Of a stretch of DNA of 23,011 bases, positions 1-9,600 are shown piece after piece. The stretch lies in contig JASANG010001414.1 of NCBI GenBank assembly GCA_030248215.1, positions 868,001-891,011 of the forward strand, read 5' to 3'. This stretch comes from Enoplolaimus lenunculus. Taxonomy: Eukaryota. The translations under genes and the position numbers were made by a program. A model generated the notes under the pieces. The model had not been told where the DNA came from. It saw only the letters and a program-made list of their open reading frames with translations, and did not search any database. Within the stretch, counting starts at the first letter, position 1, and each line of letters opens with the position of its first letter.

Positions 1-75
1 GTGGTTAGAGTGTAAGTCTTCGCATAATGATGTAATGTAGTAACCTATCTGTTGTTTAAAAATGGTGTACTAAAG

Positions 76-205
76 TTGGAATCGGCATCGGTTCGGAATA
101 GGCATATTTTTAAAATAATCACCATCCGCATCGTCAAAAATTAGGCATATTTTTAGAATAAGCACCATCCGCATCGTCAAAAATTTTGGTATTGGCACAT
201 CCCTA
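76..205. mobile_element. Right end of a MITE of the same family as 2008-2297, with an internal 43-bp tandem duplication (99-141, 142-184)
   Basis: Ends in GGCACATCCCTA (a TAGGGATG-type terminus); the two 43-bp units differ at 2 positions. Confidence 0.65.
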
Positions 206-2007
206 CACAAGATTCTATGCTTTGAAATAAAAAAAGTTGATCAAAAGCCGTTCCTGAGAATATCGTCGGACCGGCATCCACCTTTGAACCGCCGAGTACA
301 AAACTTAAAACGTTTTGGAAAATTCCCAACGACTAACTCATTTGCATATTAGCTGAGCGCTATTGGCTACAGGGTTTTTTAGGCATCCGAAATTTAAGAT
401 ATAATTTGGAACACTTTCAGCTTTCAAGTAATTTAGATACTCGATGACAGTTAAGCTGTTATCAAACCTATCGGTTACCACATACTTGAGAGTTGTGGTC
501 CATAGTGTATTTAAGCATGGGAAATGTAAATAGTAAGCATGCCCACACTTTGGTCAATACATGTAATTCCACTACGACTGGCATACCTACTTTGAATCTA
601 TTAAACTCTACACTGATGTAATTACATATAATTTTTTTTTCATATTGTGGACATCGTGCGACACATGTAAAAGCGGAATGACTATGTTTATATACTTAAT
701 TATAACTTTTGATTTGGTTCGCTTCAAATACGTACTAATTTGTTCATTTAACACCCACATCATTATTGGCGATCATGTGACCTCAGCGTCACTCGTCGGT
801 GATCGAAATTTTGAAATCGCTTTAAATTGAACGCTGTTTATTATTTTGGGTTTTGCGAGTCAATAACTATTTTATGAATTCCGCGAAGCTTGATTTGATT
901 TAGGTTTACATACCAAGTTTTCCCGGTGTGCATGTCGTTTATGTGATATAAAATAAATCTATTTAAAATAATCGTGCTTGTAATATTTCTGTATACTGAT
1001 AGATAATGGTAAGCGAATGAAATGAAGTGTTGTGCGGCAGTGCCGCGGCCACTACCCGCTACCCCACCCCCCTGGGAAGCCCTCTGGCCTTTGGGGACGT
1101 TTACAAAGCACATCAGTCCTGCGAGTTTAAAAAAATGATGCGGGACTTTGGGCGCAATTCAAATTAACCATACTGTTGCCCACGCGCCATGCCTGTTTGG
1201 CTTCTCTCTCGCCAGGTTTGTTTGGCTTTTATATATTGTGCTTTCGAGTTTTTGGCCTCCCGTTACTGGATTAGTTGTTGCGTTCCTGTATAGTCGCCCT
1301 TTTGCAGTGGACAAACTCACAGCTGAGCCGAATTGGATACACTGGCGGCGGCACTGTTGTGAGGGAAAGGTTTTTAAAGGTTTTCGGTGACTAATATTTA
1401 GGTTTAATTTGATTTTAATACCGAAAACAAAAATTTGGCATTGATTGAATCGTAGGAATGTAGGATTGGACGTTATCCTTATCCAACTATGGACTACAAT
1501 AGCGCAACAAAACATTGCTGAAATTGGTGGTTCATCATTTTGTACGTATTTTCTTTTCAAACCGTTACTTAACCTTTTTTATTAAAATGTGCCTTAAGTA
1601 CATTATCTCTGTATATAGACAGAATAAGCAATGATCCATTTTTCGTGAATGTTTTAAATATATTGTGGTACTCAACCAACTGCGTGCATAATACTGTACA
1701 TATACATACTGATAGGACAAATTTGGAATTTAGAAATATGTGAGAATTTAGAAATGAGTTTATTGATTAGGATTCATCATTGATCACTGAAGTTCAGGCA
1801 GTAACTGCTTCCTGAATTCAATCAGTTACGTGTTTAGAACTGCTTAATGCAATGAATTATGTACATAAAGCTGCTGCGGTTCGAGTATATACATAGATTC
1901 GGGCGCGGAGCCAAAACAGAAAGTCAAAAAGGTTCACTCCCATTGAAAGGGGTTTGCTTAGTGGCATAAAAGGTGTTGCATCAAAATAATGCGCGATTCG
2001 GTCCCGG

Positions 2008-2297
2008 TGGGGTATGCCGATTAATCGGCGTCGATAATAGTCGGCAGTTTCCGTGAGTATCGGTTTCGGCCCTGCAGAAAATTGCCGATTCTTTGCCGAT
2101 ACCTTCTGAACATAACAGTGAGTTGGAATGCTATCAATTTCACTTGTTGGCGTATATCAGTGTGTCTGATTAAAGTCTTCGTGTTGATTAAAGTTTTCGT
2201 GTTGATAGCGATGTAATGTATCCTAACTGTTCTTAAACATCGTTTGTTGAGATTGGAATCGGCATCGGCAAAAATTTTGGTAGCCGGCATAGCCCTA
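2008..2297. mobile_element. ~290-bp degenerate MITE with ATCGG motifs
   Basis: Ends TGGGGTATGCCGA / CCGGCATAGCCCTA; shares TTGGAATCGGCATCGG and AAAAATTTTGGTA..GGCA..CCCTA with 76-205. Confidence 0.65.
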
Positions 2298-3035
2298 GCC
2301 TGGTATACATTTTTTAATTTTTTTTGGCCTGCTAAAATATTGAGCTGGCTACAGGCCTTTATATAGCATATATTTCTCTTGTAGTCACTGGTCTTGTTGT
2401 GTGTGCGGAATCTGGCTTTACATACTATAGTAATTTGAATAAGAGAGGGGTAACAAAAGTATATAAATATCTCGTTTTGAGTTCCAATCAATAGAAGTCC
2501 GTAACTATAATTAGAGTCCGTTAGTGGATAGAATGCATAAGGCCTATTTAGTTTATAAGGTACGAAAAATGAAGAACGGCGTAGACTGCTTAAACACGTA
2601 CTTACAGACACCGCGACAACCTGTATAAACTTTGTTAAAATCCAGAGAAAAGGTTAATCAGCATGGCAATCAGCAAAAATGCTTCGAACGAAGTCAGTTC
2701 TATCAAAAGAAAGCATAAAAAAGGAAGTTGAGGCCCCACTAACGTGGGCTGAATTAAAAATTAATAACGGACCGTAACCGAATAACAGGGTCTACCCTGT
2801 AAATATTAATCCCCTTCTTATTCGGGTCACTACTGTACGTATATGTTTTCACTGTGATCAGCGTTGCCATATGTGTATATTATGTTTTAAGTATGTGTGA
2901 ATAGTGTCAAATCCAGATTTCACATTGAAAATATGAGCGAAAGCGAAACTATTCTATAAGTATTTTTGATATTGTCTTTGCAACGGTATCCCGACAGTCC
3001 ATCGCCGGATAACTTTTCGACCTATAACTTATAAT

Positions 3036-3207
3036 CAGTGGCGGATCCAGGATCTCAAAATAGGGGGGGCAAAATTTCACAGGTTACAAACTTACTTTTG
3101 ACCCATACACAAATCACGAACTATTGTCTCAAAATTGCTATATAATTTTTGTCGAGATGCTGTTGGGGGGGCCACGGCCGGGGTGCCCCCCCATGGATCC
3201 GCCATTG
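3036..3207. mobile_element. 172-bp hAT-like MITE
   Basis: TIRs CAGTGGCGGATCCA / TGGATCCGCCATTG (13/14 match); perfect 8-bp TSD CTTATAAT at 3028-3035 and 3208-3215. Confidence 0.92.
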
Positions 3208-3499
3208 CTTATAATCAAAAATCTTTTGAGCTTATAATCAAAAATCTTGTCTTCGCCACACTTAGTTGCCCATCGTTAGTCTTAGGTTTAGAATCATAGT
3301 TACTTAGGCGTTGGTTTAGATACTTATCGACCGTCGAATAGACGTAGATTCATTTGCAACGTATATATGTGTTTCAGTCTGCCAGCGGAAATGACCAAAA
3401 TTTCTGAAAATTAACAGCTAACATATTTCCTGTTTATTGCCTTAGTTTTGTGTTTATTGTTTGTGTTAGTACCTAAGTGTTCGCTTGTCATTGTTGCAG

Positions 3500-3650
3500 G
3501 GTAATCGCCATGGCATGTTTGCATACCCGTATCCGTCGCCCGGTGCATTCGGTGTCACTCCTATTCCCGGCGCTGGTAACACTCCAAGTCCATCTACGCA
3601 TATGCAAACGGGCGCATCGGCGTCGCCAACAAACTTCCGCGGATTTCCTG
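3500..3650 (+). CDS. pop-1: TCF exon ([24 protein letters not shown]...NFRGFP), Pro/Ser-rich region
   Basis: Acceptor ttgttgcag| after a long T-rich tract, donor CTG|gtaagc. GC-rich and open; the phase-1 end joins the next exon in frame. Confidence 0.8.
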
Positions 3651-6600
3651 GTAAGCAATAATCTAAATGTCGGATCTTAAAAAACTGTATCTAAACTAGC
3701 TTGAATCTAGTGTATGTGTTTTAGTTTGAACCAAGGGTAAAGTCAAGTATACGTATATGTTTACCGGTTAAAACATTCCTTTATGATGTTCGGTCAGGGG
3801 TTTTAAGAACTATTTTTCAGTTCGCAACACAGAGAGCGCTTTGAAAATTTTATAGAGTATATAGCTTTGTGTGAGAAATTCTCGCAACGCTGTTGCTTTG
3901 AATGTATTAAGTAGTTTTTGGCTTTGTGCCATTCTGTGCTATCCTGTGCTATCTAAAGCTCAGAGTAGGAATTGGTTCAGAGTATGAATTTCTGAAATTC
4001 ATGTGTGAAGGACTGAGTCGGCAAGTTTGTGTGCAGTTTGCAACCAGTTAAGAGTTGAAATATCAAATTTCGGATTTGCTTCGCGTAGTTTGCGTGATGT
4101 TTAACGTTTTTCCTCGCCGCTTGTGTTTGTTGGCGAAGCGTTCGAGAGTTGCAGTCAGCCAGCTATATATACCTATGGTTTAAACTTTTGATGCTACAAA
4201 CAGCGATCTGTTACCCGAGAAGTAGGTAACTCCACCTTAGCCACCTTAGCCAGTGATGACAAAGGCGACTTTAGTTTCAGGACTGAGAAACCTGACAACA
4301 TGGCCGTTGCCTTTCGATAGCAGTGCGGCGTTATTGCAGTTCGCTCATTTGTAAGTATAAATTCAGTATATGTGTTTTTAGGTAAGCCCCGTTAGCCAGC
4401 TTAACATATTCGGGGGCAGGGATAGGCGGTGCTGGTCTCGGCAAGTATCGTAATTTGGCACGTCTCGGTCTCGCTTTTTTTGGGTTAAAGTTTATAATCG
4501 TTGCGTTTGTGCCACCATATTTGTTTAAGTGATAAATAAAGTGAAAAAAATAAAGTTTCGCGACGATTTATTATTGTAATCGTATCAATTCAACGGGAAT
4601 TCAGAATAGAATGAAAATATTTAAAGCTTAATTTCATACTGAAAAATCGTAATTTTAGTTTCGTGTAACGGTTAAAAATTGACCGACACCAAAAGTAGCG
4701 GTCTCGGTCTCGGTAGATTCTGTGTCTCGGTCTCGTTTTTTTGACAGAGACCGCCTATTCGTGAAGGTGGCAAAAATTTTTAGGAAGGGCATGGCAAGGA
4801 TATTAGACGACTTTGAAACCAGGTGGAATGCCGAAATACCTTTTAAATTTCGACGCGAACAATTCTATTAACAGAAAGATAGTCGAGAGTTGATTTCATG
4901 CATCTCTTTTTGTAATACAGTAACCCTCAGACTATTGGTGCGAACAGTATTTTTCATGTTCTTTTCGTATGTCGTACTAAAGCATCATGATTTAATGTGT
5001 GGTGATTTGGGAATAATCAAGCTAAGATCCGACCGATGGAGAAAAATATGAGCGATTAGAGTCGAGTCTCATCCATAAGCGGCGACAGAACCCTGTCTGG
5101 TTATCGACTTTACACAGATTATTAGTTTTAAAATTGAGTTTGGCGTCTCGCTTAATTAGCAAGAACGACTTTTCATTACATATGTATATATTAACTGTGT
5201 ACAGATTCGTCCGATTGACAAATGGGCGTAGACCAATTTGGACCGTTTGTACGAATTGGCTTGCCGGATAAATTATAGGTTTTCGGTAAATGTTTCAATT
5301 ATTTTTATCGGGAAAATGTCGTTCTTTGTTTGCGGTTTAAAATTATGCTTTACTTATTTTAGAAATCCAACAACGAACAGCAGTATATTTGGGCCTCAAG
5401 CCAGGTATGCAATGGGTTGTAAAATGCTTAACTGTGCTAAATTCGTGTGTTCTTTTTTGTTTGTTTTTGCGGGCTTTCTTCCCAAAACAATTTTAGTTTT
5501 TTTTTCACATTTTGTGATTTTCTGTGAATACTATGTTCAGCTCAAAATATATATATTGCCATTGGTTTACATGCCTGTGAATTAATCTAGTTAGGTAGTG
5601 AGGTGTTTAATGTACATATAATGCATATACTGCTTACCTGCCCCAATTTTCAACAACGTCCGTCCGTTGACCGTCCACCCTATTTTCTAATTGATACCGT
5701 GTTCAAAGCGCGAGAATTTACTATTCCGCTCTTGGCGTAGCCCCCGTGTAAGTTTACGTAGGAATCGGTATTCAGACCTTTTGAACTAAGCAGCTGGAAA
5801 GGCAATCGATCCAACAGTCTCAATGTCAATCTCAGTTTCGCGTCTCTGAAATTTCTGACACCAGTCCAACTCTCAGTCTCAGCTTTTGAAAAGTCTCCGG
5901 TTTAGAAACTGAGAGACTCCGATATTGATGCCAGCAAGAAGTGCCAGTTGTGACCAATTGTGCCATTAACATTTTTTTGTATAACCATTAATTCGTCAAT
6001 CTTAAACATAACAAAGTATTAAACGAACTTAGTGTGCCGCTTACGACCTTGTTCAATAAAATTTGTTTCAACTAACAAGGTTTTTAGCGGCCACTTACAA
6101 CCTTGTTATTTAAATTTGATTTAAAATTAAATAACGTCGTAGTGCGTTACAGCGATTTTCAGCGGAAAAGTGGCGGTTTTGGCGTTTAAGACCTTGTTTA
6201 ACATATTTGTCGGGTTGATGTCATTCAGATTATATAAAAAATCTCAAATTCTAAAAAAATGTCGGTTACGACCTTGTTACATGTAACCGACGATTTATGA
6301 TTGTTATACGAAAATTGTAGGTTGTATAGCTTCTTGCGGAATAGACTGACGACCTACAAGATTGTCAGAAAAAATTTTGTTTTTAAAAGCGAACTGTGAT
6401 ACACTCCAATATTCTGTTTTGTGTATAAAAATCTTAAGTATAGAACTGCACGATGCGCTAAATTTAGTCTGTAAGCCAGCAGAATTTTACTGAACGTAAG
6501 TCTCAACACTTTTACTACCTATCTGGCAGTTCATAATATATATGTATGAAACTTCAAATATTTTAAAGTTTATAGTGCAAAAGCCAGCCAGTGTCACTAA

Positions 6601-9600
6601 TGGTTTCTGCAACTGTGCAATTTTTATTTTTGCGATATAAAAATCAGAATCAGACCTTGTTTTGAATTAGAATTCTAATCGGAATTGGAATTGCGGTTGT
6701 GCCCTGTTCCAAATAAATACCGACTTTACGTTGTTTTCTTCCTCAATCTAATATTGTTAAAATTTTTTAACCTAAATAGCACTTTCTAAATTTGTGATTT
6801 ATAATTTTTTGAAGACTCTGAGATTCCCATCCCTGATTATGTATGTGTTCGTTTTAGGTGTTGCGTAATGGTCTATTTAAGATTAATTCCGTTTAATGAA
6901 AAATTATACTTTCTGAGTGTACAGTTTGTTGTTGTTGTTGTTTTTGTGCTGGTAAAGTGTTTAAGTGAATTTTACTTTGGTTATAAATTTAGTTAAAAAA
7001 CTTGACTTAAACATTGGCATTTCTATGCTTGTTGTGGCTTCGTTTACGCTCAACTCGATCTTAACTGTACCGCGCAGCATTGGAAATTATAGTTTGTTTA
7101 ACCTTGTGGTGTCACGCTTTTTCGTCGCGTTATGTTTTTTGCATTAGTCTGGTCATAGTGAACTTTCCTACCGTACCCTCCGGTATTTTTAGGCATTCAC
7201 CATTTTCGTCACAGTCGCCAGCAGCGGTTGCTGCAGTCGCAGCCGCAGCAGCAGCGACTGCGCAACATCATTACTCGGCATCTCCGCTACAAAGTCCATG
7301 CACACCAGGTGTTCCTGGTGTGGGCGGTAGCCATGCGATGCCAAATGGTACAACCGCAGTAAGCAATACCGCTAGTGGTGTTGCTGCCTCGTTGTTAAGT
7401 AATGGCGGTCTGTTGACGACAGTGAAGCAACAGCCCAGCGGTGGGACTGCTTCCTATCAGTTGGCTAATAGAAGCGTTAGCAGCGGCAGCAGCGCTGTTC
7501 CGACCAGTATGCCCCCGACGCCGACTGATATTGCAGCTGTTGCGGCTGAGTTTTAGTAAGTTTTGCAATTATATCAGTGTCACATTATTAGGTAGGACTT
7601 GCTGGGTGTCCTTCTGACAATTTTGTGGTACCGGTCCGGAGGTAAAATACTAGCTTAATTTTGCAGCGAGCGAATGTTGTTGCGTTGAAACTGTTTCGTG
7701 TGATTTTTGGGTGTTAAGCTTTTGTAATTGATTTAACTCTATCTGTGGCGTACTGGAAAGATGTGAAAACGAGATTGACGCAACAGGTGAACGGAAATTT
7801 GTCTCCAATTTAAGGAGAAAAACCGTACAAATAGTGGGGAGTTGATGGTTATCGGGTGAGTTTGATTGACGGTGTAGTGTATGGTACGCGACCATACTTG
7901 CCAACGACGCCTTCGCCAAGGAGAGACCTTAGAGATTAAATCACTTTTGTGAGTTTTTCCAAGGATTTCAGTAAATTTTTTAGTCGTTGGGTATTCAAAC
8001 CTCTTCGAAATTTTCATAGAGAGTATCCCTTGTTTTTAACGTCATGGGCACACCGCTGCTTGCCTGCCACCTTGGTGTTTTAAGTTTCGCGCTTCTGTTC
8101 GCGTGTGATAAGCGCTATAATTGAACCTTCATCTGATAACTAATAATGCTGTTATGCAAGACTGTGAAGCGTTCTTTGTGCTTTAAAATTTGCTCAACCG
8201 GTTGTATAGATTGGAGCAAGTATACGCAGCGTTCGGTGGTTCAATTTGGGCTGGCTGAATTGAGTCACGTTGTGTACTCTTGTTGTCAAGAGTCATTACT
8301 TAGATAGACAGAATATATTATAGCTACATTAGAAAGAAAGCGTCGTTGTATAAATTCTAGGTTACATTCACAAATAAATTAGAGGTATTGGTTAATTTTG
8401 CTTCAGCCGATCTCAAATCTTCAATGCAGCATTTAACGCAGCATCGTTCGCGGTGACTTCGGCAGCGGTGTCGGATACAAGTCAACCACTAGGAAGTAGC
8501 AGCAGTAGTAGTGGTAGTTGTAATAGTAGCGGTAGTGCAGTCGCCTCAACAGTCGATTACTTGGCACCAAATTTAAATTCGTTACGGGGCAATGGCGGAT
8601 TCTCAAACGCAAGGTGCACAACTCCGAAAGGCACAATGGATAGTCGTACCAGAGGTAATAACAGTAGGATACATAGCGGTGGATTACAAGCGAAAATAGC
8701 GTCAGAAGCTGTACAGTCGCGATTTGAGTCGACAAACAGTATAGCGGCTAGTGATAGCAGTATTGGTAACAGTGGAAGCAACAACCCACTTGGATCAATT
8801 GCTTGTCTTGAAGTACCGAAGGGTCAGTGTGTAGCCGCAGTTGCCGCTATGGATAGCGATAGCGGTCGTCATCGACAACAGCAGCATCATCGACGTGTTG
8901 CGGCGATGGAAATCAAACCTGAAGTGGACTCGATGGGCACCGGAAGTTCTAGCAGCATATCCGATTTGCGGTCCGTCGCCGGAGATTTGTTGATGTCGCA
9001 TTATCACCAACAGCAGCAGCAACAACAACACAGACAGTTGCATCAATTGCCAACGATGGTTGGATCGAACAGTTGTTTTATACCAGGCATGGCGAGTTCG
9101 GATGGAATGAAGGTAGTGCTAAATGCAGCGTTGATTACTCATAGTAGTCTGGGGAATAACCAATAATTCGGAATGGGGTTACGTGTTATAAAAAATAAAA
9201 ATGGAGGCGTTTCTTGTGTTATCGGTTGAATACAAGCAAGGTTGAAAGTGTTCTAGGGGGAATTTGCAAATACTTCATTTTGTATTTTTCGTTTTCAGTT
9301 CCACGAAAGCCAAGAACACATTAAAAAGCCGTTGAACGCGTTTATGTTGTACATGAAAGAAATGCGCCCCATCGTTATGAAAGAAGTTGGTCTCAAGGAA
9401 CGACAAAGTGCGGAAATTAACCGAATTTTGGGTAAAAAGGTATGTTTATTAATTCACATTTTATTATTGTATGTAGTTATCTTAGCAAGATTGGACGACC
9501 ACATTGTGACAAGAGTCGTGGTGCAGTTTCGTTTTTGGCCGACACCTGGGAAAGAATGTTTCAAAATTCACTTTGTAAGATCCAGTCGAATTCCCTACTG

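Noticed and set aside
645..2611. ORFs 645..830, 841..1113, 1148..1390, 1159..1560 and 2021..2611
   Set aside because: No recognisable domain or exon-like composition; 2021..2611 overlaps a MITE.
3477..3680. ORF-track frame for the first TCF exon
   Set aside because: The other frame ([14 protein letters not shown]...) has TCF-like composition and the phase needed to join downstream exons.
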